From Thermoproteota archaeon (GTDB lineage: Archaea; Korarchaeota; JAOZGF01; JAOZFZ01), in assembly GCA_027492035.1 (NCBI GenBank), contig JAOZFT010000032.1:1-64000 (forward strand): 64,000 nt of DNA, given 5' to 3'. A program made the translations under genes and the position numbers. The notes under the pieces were generated by a model. The model did not search any database. It saw only the letters and a list, made by a program, of their open reading frames with translations, and had not been told where the DNA came from. Shown piece by piece: positions 20,880-29,979 of this stretch. The first letter of the stretch is position 1, and the number at the start of each line of letters is the position of its first letter.

Positions 20880-21485
20880 GTGATAAAGGGAATGACGGCT
20901 GAAACCGTAGAAGTTACGCCTACTGGAGCAAAAATATTAGCTGTGGTAATGATTCCAGCCATTGCTGTTCTGAACTATGTGACAGGGGTTGTTGTGGAAA
21001 TACTTAAACTCCCCGTATGGGGGGACACATGGGCTACAATGTTCGGTACCCTTGTTTCAGGAGTAGTGGTAGGTGCGATTGGTGGTTTCCTCTATAACAT
21101 AGTCATGGCTATGACCTTATGGGGATTACCTGCTTGGGTCTGGGGACTATGCAACATTGCAATTGCTTTGTTCAGCTGGTTATTCATAAAAGTTGGTTGG
21201 GCTGACCTTAAAAAGCCACTAAAACTAATTCCAGCATTCCTCACGCTAGGGTTTATTTATCCAATTCTTTGTACAATAATAGGGATTGTGATGTATGGTC
21301 CAGGGCCTGTTGCAAAACCTCAAGCTGCTGTTTACTATGCAGTGGAAGCAGCTACTAAAAATCTTTATTTAGCCACATATATTCAGAACGTAAGCGTGGA
21401 AATAATTGATAAAAGCATTTCTTGGGTTATTTCCCTAGCTATAGCTTCAGCAGTACCTAAAAAGTTCATTTTGGCCAAGCGATAA
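20880..21485 (+). CDS. ECF transporter S component (MtsT-like)
   Basis: About 200-aa hydrophobic protein with 'LNYV...LKLPVWGDTWATMFG...GAIGG' and 'EIIDK'; first gene of the S-T-A-A' operon. Confidence 0.8.
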   Translation: MIKGMTAETVEVTPTGAKILAVVMIPAIAVLNYVTGVVVEILKLPVWGDTWATMFGTLVSGVVVGAIGGFLYNIVMAMTLWGLPAWVWGLCNIAIALFSWLFIKVGWADLKKPLKLIPAFLTLGFIYPILCTIIGIVMYGPGPVAKPQAAVYYAVEAATKNLYLATYIQNVSVEIIDKSISWVISLAIASAVPKKFILAKR

Positions 21486-21494
21486 ATTTATATA

Positions 21495-21520
21495 ATTTCT
21501 TTTTCTCCTTTTTTTCTTTT
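21495..21520 (+). terminator. Oligo-T tract after the S-component gene (candidate archaeal intrinsic terminator or attenuator)
   Basis: TTTCTTTTTCTCCTTTTTTTCTTTT starts about 10 nt after the stop. Confidence 0.4.
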
Positions 21521-21563
21521 AAAAATAAGCCACAATAGTTTTTGGTGTAGGGGGAGGATTTTT

Positions 21564-22430
21564 TTGAGTTCTCTTGGTTCAACCATTTTGCGTAAAAGTT
21601 ACACGGTTGGAAACACTTTTTTCCATAGAGCTGATGGGAGAACTAAATTTATTTTCTTTTTCTGGATCTCTATTTTGGCTTATATTTTCCATGATTTAAT
21701 AATTAACACTTTTTTCATCGTTACATGTTTAGTTTTTGTTGCGATTGCTAAGTTAAAGAAACAAATTTATTTGACTGCTGCAGTTGTTGTTATACCTCTT
21801 ATGATTCTTTATTCCTTTGCTTGGGGTTTGCCCCAGCTTGGTTTCAATAAAACAGTTCTTTTTACATTTAATTTCTTCGGACGACATGTAACTTTTTATT
21901 TTGAAGGGTTAGCGGCAGCTTACATTTTCCCTTCAAGGATAGGTACAACTATAATGGCAGCCATGCTTTTTTACCTCACAACTAAACCTTCTGAAATGGT
22001 TTCTATGCTTATGAAATTCAGGTTCCCCTACAAATTTGTTTATGGAGTGGCTGCTACTTTTCAACTCATCCCGATAACTGTTGATGAGGTATCAACGATT
22101 TTTCAGGCTCAGACTTCGAGAGGAATGAATGTAGAAGTAGGTTTACTTGCGAAGTTTAAGAATTTCTTGGCTGTTATTGTGCCGCTTACTCTCGGTACAA
22201 TAAATAAGGTCCAAACAAGGGCTATAACCTTGGAGTCTAGGGGTTTTAGTGCTCCAGTGAAGAAAACAATACTCTATGAGATTAAGTTTAAGAAAGAGGA
22301 TTATCTATTGTTTGTTGGAATGTTTATTGCCTCTGCTATTCTGTTTTACCTTTATTTTGTTTATGCTCCCTCAGTTGGTCACTATATGCATTCACCATTC
22401 TCAAATCTTCAGTACTTCATTGGAAGTTGA
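21564..22430 (+). CDS. ecfT: ECF transporter transmembrane T component
   Basis: 'FFHRADGRTK' and the two XRG motifs 'AQTSRG' and 'LESRGF'. Confidence 0.92.
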   Translation: MSSLGSTILRKSYTVGNTFFHRADGRTKFIFFFWISILAYIFHDLIINTFFIVTCLVFVAIAKLKKQIYLTAAVVVIPLMILYSFAWGLPQLGFNKTVLFTFNFFGRHVTFYFEGLAAAYIFPSRIGTTIMAAMLFYLTTKPSEMVSMLMKFRFPYKFVYGVAATFQLIPITVDEVSTIFQAQTSRGMNVEVGLLAKFKNFLAVIVPLTLGTINKVQTRAITLESRGFSAPVKKTILYEIKFKKEDYLLFVGMFIASAILFYLYFVYAPSVGHYMHSPFSNLQYFIGS

Positions 22431-22444
22431 AAACGTGAAAGAGG

Positions 22445-23464
22445 ATGGCTAAAGAGCCTAAGAAAGTTATTTTGGATGTTGATACAGGAATAGATGACGC
22501 TGTAGCCATTACCTTAGCTGTTAGATCTCCTGAAATAAATGTTATAGGGATAACTACTGTAGCCGGTAATGCAACTGTTAATAATACAACAAGAAACACT
22601 TTAAGAATGCTTGAGTTCCTAGATAAAACAGGTATTCCTGTTGCTAAAGGAATGCCGAGACCTATTCTAGGTGAACTTAAAGTTGCTGAAATGGTTCATG
22701 GGAAAGATGGTTTAGGAGATGTTGATTTGCCTGACCCTAAAATTAAACCTATTAATAAACATGCTATGGATTTCTTAATTGATAAGGTTTATAGTTACAG
22801 AAAGGGGGAAGTTAACATTGTAGCCACCGGGCCTTTAACCAATATTGCAATGGCTTTTTTGAAAGATCCTGACTTGCCTGGTAAAATAGGGCAAATTGTT
22901 TCAATGGGTGGGGCTTTCGGTGTCACAGTGTATGGTTACGGTAACGACACTCCTGTGGCTGAATTTAATATTTACACCGACCCTGTAGCAGCTAAAATTG
23001 TTTATAATTCTGGTGTAAATTTAACTTCTTTTGGTTTAGATGTTACAATGACTCCTGAGGCAGGTTTCACCCGTGAAATGTATAATAACTTAGCCAGAAT
23101 CAATACGAAAACAGCTAATTTGTTTCATGAAATGTTTAGGGGTTTGATAGAGTTTTCAGACCCTATAGCTATGCATGACCCCATGGCTGTTTCTTACTTA
23201 ATCGATTCTTCAATTTTCAAGGTTGAGAAGTACCATGTTGACGTGGAAATTTTTGGTGAATTAACTAGGGGGCAAACTGTGGCTGACAGGAGGTTTTGGT
23301 TTAAAGAAACTGTTGAAAAGTTTTTAAAGAAACCTTTACCCGAAGAATTGAAGAACACATTAAGAAACATGGTTAAAGAACCAAACGTTAATGTTTGTGT
23401 AGATTTAGACTCTAAAAAATTTCTCGATTTACTTCTCAAAAGAACAATTTATGAAAAAGTTTGA
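22445..23464 (+). CDS. Inosine-uridine preferring nucleoside hydrolase family (Rih-like)
   Basis: DxDxxxDD motif 'DVDTGIDDA', plus 'VHGKDGLG', 'TGPLTNIA', 'AEFNIYTDP' and 'HDP'. Confidence 0.95.
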   Translation: MAKEPKKVILDVDTGIDDAVAITLAVRSPEINVIGITTVAGNATVNNTTRNTLRMLEFLDKTGIPVAKGMPRPILGELKVAEMVHGKDGLGDVDLPDPKIKPINKHAMDFLIDKVYSYRKGEVNIVATGPLTNIAMAFLKDPDLPGKIGQIVSMGGAFGVTVYGYGNDTPVAEFNIYTDPVAAKIVYNSGVNLTSFGLDVTMTPEAGFTREMYNNLARINTKTANLFHEMFRGLIEFSDPIAMHDPMAVSYLIDSSIFKVEKYHVDVEIFGELTRGQTVADRRFWFKETVEKFLKKPLPEELKNTLRNMVKEPNVNVCVDLDSKKFLDLLLKRTIYEKV

Positions 23465-23467
23465 AAG

Positions 23468-24364
23468 GTGTTTTTTGTTATGGGTAATGAAACAAAAAAA
23501 GCCGGTGAAGAAAATGTTGTAGTGGTTGAGAACTACTCCTATTCATACCCTACCAAGAAAAACGTTATCCAAAACATTTCATTCACTGTGAAAAAGGGGG
23601 AAGTGTTGGGTATTATAGGACCCAATGGTGCAGGTAAATCAACCCTCTGTAAAACATTAAACGGTTTGGTTCCTCACTTTTATGGAGGATTTTTTGGAGG
23701 AAACGTTACAGTTGCAGGGATGGAAGTCCTTAAACATACAACTGCTGAACTCTCCACCAAAGTTGGTTTAGTTTTTCAGGATCCTGAAAGCCAAATTTCA
23801 GGAATGATGATGACGGTTTGGGAAGAGGTGGGGTTTGGTTTATCCATGCTTGGTTTCCCAAGAGAGGAAGTAGATGAGAGAGTGAATGACGCAATAAAGA
23901 AGGTCGGCTTAGAAGGGTTAGAGAAAAGATCCCCCTTTGAGTTATCTGGCGGCCAACAACAGAGGCTTGCTATAGCTACAGTTTTAGCTATCAAACCTGA
24001 AATAATGGTTTTGGATGAACCTACTGCTCAACTGGATCCCATTGGCAAATACGAAGTTTTTAAAGTAATTGAAGACCTTACACTGGAAGGATTAACAACT
24101 ATTGTGGTTGAACATGAAATAGAGGAGCTTGCGCATTTTGCAGATAATATTATCCTTCTACATGAAGGAAAAATACTTTCTTATGGAAAAGCCAAAAAGG
24201 TTTTAACAGAAGTTGAAAAATTAAAAGCAATAGGTGAGGACCCCCCTTCAGTTACGGAACTAACTTACTTATTGGATAAAGAACTTGATTTAAGTCTCGT
24301 CAACTACCCAATAACTCTAGATGAAGCAATAAAAATTTACAAAGAGTTAATGGTGAGTTCATGA
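23468..24364 (+). CDS. ecfA: ECF transporter ATPase A1
   Basis: Walker A 'GPNGAGKST', Q-loop 'FQDPESQ', 'LSGGQQQR' and 'LDEPT'. Confidence 0.93.
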   Translation: MFFVMGNETKKAGEENVVVVENYSYSYPTKKNVIQNISFTVKKGEVLGIIGPNGAGKSTLCKTLNGLVPHFYGGFFGGNVTVAGMEVLKHTTAELSTKVGLVFQDPESQISGMMMTVWEEVGFGLSMLGFPREEVDERVNDAIKKVGLEGLEKRSPFELSGGQQQRLAIATVLAIKPEIMVLDEPTAQLDPIGKYEVFKVIEDLTLEGLTTIVVEHEIEELAHFADNIILLHEGKILSYGKAKKVLTEVEKLKAIGEDPPSVTELTYLLDKELDLSLVNYPITLDEAIKIYKELMVSS

Positions 24365-25188
24365 AAGAAAAAATAATAGAAACCAAGAACCTTTGGTTCT
24401 CTTACAGCCCAGAAGTCACAGCTTTAAGGAACATAAACTTGGAAATTTATAAGGGTGAATTAATAGCTTTAATTGGTCAAAACGGAGGTGGAAAAACGAC
24501 CCTGGCTAAACATTTCAATGGTTTATTGAAGCCAACGAAAGGCGATGTATACGTTAAGGGCCAAAACACTAAAGATGTCCCTGCAAACAGGTTAGCCTTA
24601 ACTGTGGGCTACGTTTTTCAAAACCCAGCTCACCAGATTTTTACAAGCAAAGTCTATGATGAGGTAGCTTATGGTGCAAGAAATGAAGGTTTGAATGAAG
24701 AAGAAGTTAAAGAAAGGGTGGAATATGCCTTAGAGGAAGTAGGGTTAATAGGTTATGAAGATTGGCACCCTTACGACTTAGACTATGGAAAAATGAAGCT
24801 TTTAACTGTTGCCTCCATCATTTCAATGAAACCTGAGGTTTATGTTTTAGATGAACCCACAACTGGACAAGATCATAAAGGAAGAAGAGTCCTAGCTGAC
24901 TTAGTAATTAAATTAAACAAGGAAGGAAACACTGTGATAGTAATTACACATGATATGAAGTTTGTTGCTAGAACGGCTAAAAGAACGATACTGCTTGCAA
25001 ACGGTGAAGTAATAAAGGATGGAGCTACAAATGAAGTATTGCATGATCTTGAAACACTTAAGAAGGCAATGATTAAACCTCCTCAAGTAGTGCAACTAGC
25101 CTACTCTCTAAAATCATACGGGGTCCCCACAAACATTTTAACGATAGATGATGCCTTTAATTCTTTTAAGAAATTAATAAATAGGTAG
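24361..25188 (+). CDS. ecfA: ECF transporter ATPase A2
   Basis: 'GQNGGGKTT', 'FQNPAHQ', degenerate signature 'LDYGKMK' and 'LDEPTTGQD'. Confidence 0.92.
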   Translation: MKEKIIETKNLWFSYSPEVTALRNINLEIYKGELIALIGQNGGGKTTLAKHFNGLLKPTKGDVYVKGQNTKDVPANRLALTVGYVFQNPAHQIFTSKVYDEVAYGARNEGLNEEEVKERVEYALEEVGLIGYEDWHPYDLDYGKMKLLTVASIISMKPEVYVLDEPTTGQDHKGRRVLADLVIKLNKEGNTVIVITHDMKFVARTAKRTILLANGEVIKDGATNEVLHDLETLKKAMIKPPQVVQLAYSLKSYGVPTNILTIDDAFNSFKKLINR

Positions 25189-25468
25189 GAAGACAAATTT
25201 TTTAGGATGTGCTGTTTCTTAAATGAAGTCTTTTTTCATGTTTTTTGATTTTAGTGAAACAGAGAATGGGAATGAATGTTTCTTCGGTTTCTTAGCTTTA
25301 ACGGTCTATGCTTTGTTTTTTCAGTAAATTTTACATTTTCTTATCCTTTGATTTTTTTAAAAGGGTAAATTTTAAATTTCTCTTTCAATTCACTCGTATC
25401 GGAGAAAATCAAATTTAATCGCTTATCTCTCCTCACCTTTAAAAGCCTAATGGTACATTTACTAGAAC

Positions 25469-25888
25469 ATGGGGTTGTTTATGATGGCTGAAAAGATAAG
25501 GGTTTTATTGGCTAAACCTGGACTTGACGGGCATGATAGGGGAATAAAAGTTGTAGCTAGGGCTTTAAGGGACAGCGGAATGGAAGTAATTTATCTAGGA
25601 ATAAGGAACACACCTGAACAAATAGTTGAAACAGCCATTCAAGAAGATGTGGATGTAATAGGTTTAAGCATTCTTTCCGGTTCTCACATGTACCATTTCC
25701 CAAGAATTTTACAGCTTCTTAAAGAAAGGAAAGCTGAAGACATAGTGGTGATAGGTGGAGGGATAATACCTCAGGAAGACAAGGAAAAACTAGAAAAAAT
25801 GGGAGTTAAAGCAATTTTTGGACCTGGAACCTCAACTCAAGAAATAATAAAGAAAATTAAGGAACTAATAGGGAATAAGAAAAACTAA
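25469..25888 (+). CDS. Acyl-CoA mutase cobalamin-binding small subunit
   Basis: '[11 protein letters not shown]' (DxHxxG), 'GLSILSGSH' and 'GGGIIP' motifs. Confidence 0.96.
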   Translation: MGLFMMAEKIRVLLAKPGLDGHDRGIKVVARALRDSGMEVIYLGIRNTPEQIVETAIQEDVDVIGLSILSGSHMYHFPRILQLLKERKAEDIVVIGGGIIPQEDKEKLEKMGVKAIFGPGTSTQEIIKKIKELIGNKKN

Positions 25889-25909
25889 AGGGATACTTAA
25901 GGTGTCATA

Positions 25910-26851
25910 ATGGGTTTGGTTGAAGACATGCTTAAAGGAGATAAGAGAGCCCTCTCTAGAGTCATTACTTTAGTGGAAAACAACTCTCAAAATTGTGAAG
26001 AGATACTCTCCAAACTTTACCCTCACACAGGTAACTCCCAAATCATAGGGGTTACCGGTCCACCTGGAAGTGGTAAATCTACTTTAATTAATCACTTAGT
26101 AAGAGAATTTGTGAGGAAGGGATATAAAGTAGGAGTTCTTGCAATTGATCCTTCAAGTGAATTCACGGGAGGGGCCTTGCTTGGTGACAGAATAAGGATG
26201 CTGGAAGTTTCTTTAGACAGTAACGTGTTTATTAGGAGTATGGGTACTAGAGGTACTCTTGGAGGTATTTCAAGAAAAACAAAGGAGGTTGTGAGGGTTT
26301 TAGAAGCATTTGGGAAAGATAAAATAATAATTGAAACCATAGGTGCTGGCCAAAGCGACATTGAAATAACTAGAACAGCCCACACGGTTATAGTTGTCTT
26401 AACCCCTGAAACTGGGGATGATGTCCAAGTTTTAAAGGCAGGAATAATGGAGATTGGAGACATATACGTGGTAAACAAGGCCGACATAGGGAATGCTGAG
26501 TTTATGGTTGAAGAAATAAAGGCTTTAATTGCCAGTAAATCCAGTAACGTAAGTAAAGAATGGACTGCCCCAGTTATTAAAGCTTCAGCTAAAAAGAAGG
26601 AAGGAATAAGAGAATTAGTTGAGCAGGTAGAGAAACATTGGAATTACCTTAAAGTTTCAGGTGAAATTAATAAACTAGAGGAAAGAAGAGTTAAAAATGA
26701 AGTAGTAGATACTTTAAACAGGAAAATCTCAAATTACCTACTTTCTAAACTGGAATCTGAATTCGGTAAAGAAATTTTTGATGAGATTTTAAAACGGAAA
26801 GAATCCCCTTACTCTGTAGTTAATCGTTTAATAAAGAAATTTCTTTGTTAA
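25910..26851 (+). CDS. meaB: Mutase-associated GTPase MeaB/ArgK
   Basis: 'GPPGSGKST', 'AIDPSSEFTGGALLGDRIRM' and 'NKAD' motifs. Confidence 0.96.
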   Translation: MGLVEDMLKGDKRALSRVITLVENNSQNCEEILSKLYPHTGNSQIIGVTGPPGSGKSTLINHLVREFVRKGYKVGVLAIDPSSEFTGGALLGDRIRMLEVSLDSNVFIRSMGTRGTLGGISRKTKEVVRVLEAFGKDKIIIETIGAGQSDIEITRTAHTVIVVLTPETGDDVQVLKAGIMEIGDIYVVNKADIGNAEFMVEEIKALIASKSSNVSKEWTAPVIKASAKKKEGIRELVEQVEKHWNYLKVSGEINKLEERRVKNEVVDTLNRKISNYLLSKLESEFGKEIFDEILKRKESPYSVVNRLIKKFLC

Positions 26852-26893
26852 ATTTTAGACAATTAATAAGTTAAATTTGCCTTTTTTCTCAAA

Positions 26894-28591
26894 ATGTGTA
26901 GGGGAATAAACTTGTTTAATTCCAAAAAAATTGATGAAATGAAAAAGAGCATAGACAAGTGGGAAAAAACTACTTTAGAAGAATCCTTGAAGCTTAAAAG
27001 TGAGAGGAAAAAGGAATTCTTCACTTCTTCAAACATAGTGGTTAAAAGGGTTTATACTCCCCTAGATATTGCAAACAAAGACTATCTAAAGGAAATAGGT
27101 TTACCTGGAGAATACCCTTTCACAAGAGGGATTCATGCCACCATGTACAGGGCCAGAATATGGACAATGAGGCAGTTTGCAGGTTTTGGAACAGCCGAAC
27201 AAACGAATAAAAGATTTAAATACCTACTTCAACATGGAGAGACAGGTTTAAGTGTAGCTTTTGATTTTCCAACTTTGTGCGGGTACGATTCAGATGATTT
27301 AATGTCTAAGGGGGAAGTTGGAGCTTGTGGAGTAGCAGTTGACACTTTGAAAGACATGGAAATACTGTTTGAAGGGATTCCCTTAAATAAAGTAACTACA
27401 AGTATGACTATTAACGGCCCTGCAGCAACTATTTGGTCCATGTACATAGTTACTGCTGAAAAACAAGGTGCAAAAAAGGAAGAACTCGGCGGCACAATCC
27501 AAAATGATATCTTAAAGGAGTATATGGCACAAAAGTCATTTATCTTTCCTCCTGAGCCCTCGCTTAAACTGGTGGTTGACACAATAGAGTATGCTTCAAA
27601 ATACCTACCTAAATGGAACCCTATAAGTATTAGCGGCTACCATATAAGGGAAGCTGGAGCTAACGCTGTTCAAGAATTAGCTTTCACTTTAGCTGATGGA
27701 TTAACATATGTTGAAGCCACTTTGGAGAGAGGTTTAAAAGTTGATGACTTCGCTCCACGCTTATCTTTCTTTTTCGCTTGCCACAATAACTTCTTTGAAG
27801 AAATAGCTAAGTTCAGGGCTGCAAGAAGGATATGGGCTAGAGAAATGAAGGAAAGATTTCAAGCCAAGAAGAAAAGAAGTTTATGGTTAAGGTTTCATAC
27901 CCAAACCTCAGGTTGCACATTAACAGCCCAACAACCTTACAACAACATAGTAAGGGTTGCTATTCAAGCTTTGGCTGCTGTGCTTGGGGGTACTCAAAGT
28001 TTACACACTAACAGCATGGATGAAGCATTAAGTTTACCTACTGAATTCGCTGTAAGAATAGCTTTGAGAACGCAGCAAATAATAGCCCATGAATCAGGCG
28101 TAACTGATACAATAGATCCGTTAGGGGGGTCATATTATGTTGAATGGTTAACTGATAAAATGGAGGAGGAATGTTACAAATACTTTGACAAAATAGATAA
28201 GCTAGGAGGGGTTGTGGAGGGAATAAAAAGAGGGTTTTTCCAAAAAGAAATTGCTAATTCAGCTCATAAGTATCAAGAAGGTATAGATAAAGGGGAGATA
28301 ATAGTGGTTGGTGTTAACGGCTACGCAACTGAAGAATTAATGCCTGTTCCCATTTTCAGAATTGAGCCAGAAGTTGAAAAGAAACAAATTGAAAGGTTAA
28401 AAAGGGTTAAAATGGAAAGAAATAGTAAGAAGGTTGAGGAAGCTATTGATCAACTTAAAAAAGCCGCTGAAAAAGAAGAAAACCTTATGCCTTACATAAT
28501 AAATGCAGTGAAAGAGTATGCAACCTTGGGAGAAATCACTAAAGCTTTAAAAGAAATTTATGGAGAATATCATGAACTACTAATTTACTGA
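26894..28591 (+). CDS. icmA: Acyl-CoA mutase large subunit, isobutyryl-CoA mutase type
   Basis: Mutase TIM barrel whose specificity residues are Phe ('MRQFAGF') and Gln ('LKEYMAQK') instead of the MCM Tyr/Arg. Confidence 0.8.
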   Translation: MCRGINLFNSKKIDEMKKSIDKWEKTTLEESLKLKSERKKEFFTSSNIVVKRVYTPLDIANKDYLKEIGLPGEYPFTRGIHATMYRARIWTMRQFAGFGTAEQTNKRFKYLLQHGETGLSVAFDFPTLCGYDSDDLMSKGEVGACGVAVDTLKDMEILFEGIPLNKVTTSMTINGPAATIWSMYIVTAEKQGAKKEELGGTIQNDILKEYMAQKSFIFPPEPSLKLVVDTIEYASKYLPKWNPISISGYHIREAGANAVQELAFTLADGLTYVEATLERGLKVDDFAPRLSFFFACHNNFFEEIAKFRAARRIWAREMKERFQAKKKRSLWLRFHTQTSGCTLTAQQPYNNIVRVAIQALAAVLGGTQSLHTNSMDEALSLPTEFAVRIALRTQQIIAHESGVTDTIDPLGGSYYVEWLTDKMEEECYKYFDKIDKLGGVVEGIKRGFFQKEIANSAHKYQEGIDKGEIIVVGVNGYATEELMPVPIFRIEPEVEKKQIERLKRVKMERNSKKVEEAIDQLKKAAEKEENLMPYIINAVKEYATLGEITKALKEIYGEYHELLIY

Positions 28592-29049
28592 ATTAGGAAT
28601 TCTGCACTCTAATAAACTAATTTTTTAGGCCATGTTCCGCATACTGCATAACTTCACTGTTTTTTGGTTCAGTTTTTCTTTATAATTCCCTCTGCAGCAG
28701 ATAAATTTATAGTGAAGCGTCATAGAACTTGTATTTAGGTTTCAGGTTTTCTTTAAGCCCTTTTTTCTGGCGTTATTAACATCTTCATATTTAGCCAATT
28801 CATAACTTAGAACCTTCAGTCTTGACCAGCTTCTTCAAAATAAATACTACATTTTTGGGAAACTTCCACAACTTTAAATCTACTTCTCTTGCTTTATTTG
28901 ACCCGGTGTAGGAAAATTGTTTTAAGGAGAGTTTTAACTGGTAGGAACTTATCTTGGAATATAAAAACGTTCATTTATAATATCTTTAAGTTTTTTAAAT
29001 GAACAAAATGGAATTGATCAACATAAAGATTTTTTGCGGGTGTAGTGGA

Positions 29050-29580
29050 GTGAAGAAACTTAAGAAGGGCCTTGTCCAAGTTTATACAGGTAACGGTAAA
29101 GGTAAAACAACCGCTGCTTTAGGTTTGGCTTTAAGGGCTTTAGGTCACGGTTACAGGGTTTGTATGGTTCAATTTATGAAAGGTGGGATAAGGTACGGTG
29201 AAATAGAGATTGCTAAAAAACTTGACAATTTTGAGGTTAAGAGTTTTGGGAGGCCTGAATTTGTAGATAAAAACAATCCAGAAGAAATAGATATAAAATT
29301 AGCCCATGAAGCTTTAAACTACGCCTCTGAAATAATTAAATCTAGGAAATGTGACATAGTGATCCTAGATGAAATTAATGTCGCCCTCGAGTGGAAACTC
29401 ATAAAGCTAGGTGATGTCCTAGATATATTAAAAAGTAAACCTGAAGATGTAGAAATTATTTTGACAGGTAGATACGCCCCTAAAGAAATAATTAACTTAG
29501 CTGATTTAGTTACTGAAATGAAAGAAATTAAACATCCTTACCAAAAGGGTGTAAAGGCTAGGGAAGGGATAGAGTTTTAG
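29050..29580 (+). CDS. cobO: Cob(I)alamin adenosyltransferase (CobO/BtuR)
   Basis: 'YTGNGKGKTTAALG', 'QFMKG', 'ILDE' and 'LTGR' motifs. Likely GTG start at 29050 (ORF track gives 28999). Confidence 0.95.
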   Translation: MKKLKKGLVQVYTGNGKGKTTAALGLALRALGHGYRVCMVQFMKGGIRYGEIEIAKKLDNFEVKSFGRPEFVDKNNPEEIDIKLAHEALNYASEIIKSRKCDIVILDEINVALEWKLIKLGDVLDILKSKPEDVEIILTGRYAPKEIINLADLVTEMKEIKHPYQKGVKAREGIEF

Positions 29581-29625
29581 AGGGAGAAAGAAGCTTTCTT
29601 TAACCTCTTCAATCCATTTTCTTTG

Positions 29626-29976
29626 TCAAGTTGCTGGTTTGAATTTGAAACCATAAACTTCTTTACTGTCTATTTTTCTCAGAAAACCCCATACTGGCTT
29701 CATCTTCATTCCTATTTCGACATTTTCTGAAGTTAATTGCCCAGTTGCTCTAACCCCGTTTTCAAATTCAACAATGCCTAAAATTAAGGGTTTCTCTTCA
29801 ACTCCTTTAGGTGTAGCGTAAAGTTTGGTATAAGTTATTAGTTTGCATTTGTCACCTAGTTCGACTTTTTCGAATTCTCGAGAGTCACAGTTCATACACA
29901 CAGCATGTTTAGGGTAATATATCCTTCCGCAACGCTTACACCTGTATCCAATCATCCTCTTTTCTGTTTCATTCAT
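29626..29976 (-). CDS. DUF35 Zn-ribbon/OB-fold protein (thiolase partner)
   Basis: CxxC...CxxC (CKRC, CMNC) followed by an OB fold; immediately downstream of the thiolase. Confidence 0.9.
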   Translation of the reverse strand: MNETEKRMIGYRCKRCGRIYYPKHAVCMNCDSREFEKVELGDKCKLITYTKLYATPKGVEEKPLILGIVEFENGVRATGQLTSENVEIGMKMKPVWGFLRKIDSKEVYGFKFKPAT

Positions 29977-29979
29977 TTC

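Noticed and set aside
28592-28998. 400-bp gap that looked like decayed coding sequence on the minus strand
   Set aside because: The frames I read contain several stops, with no recognisable motif or terminal inverted repeats; cannot be supported without BLASTx.
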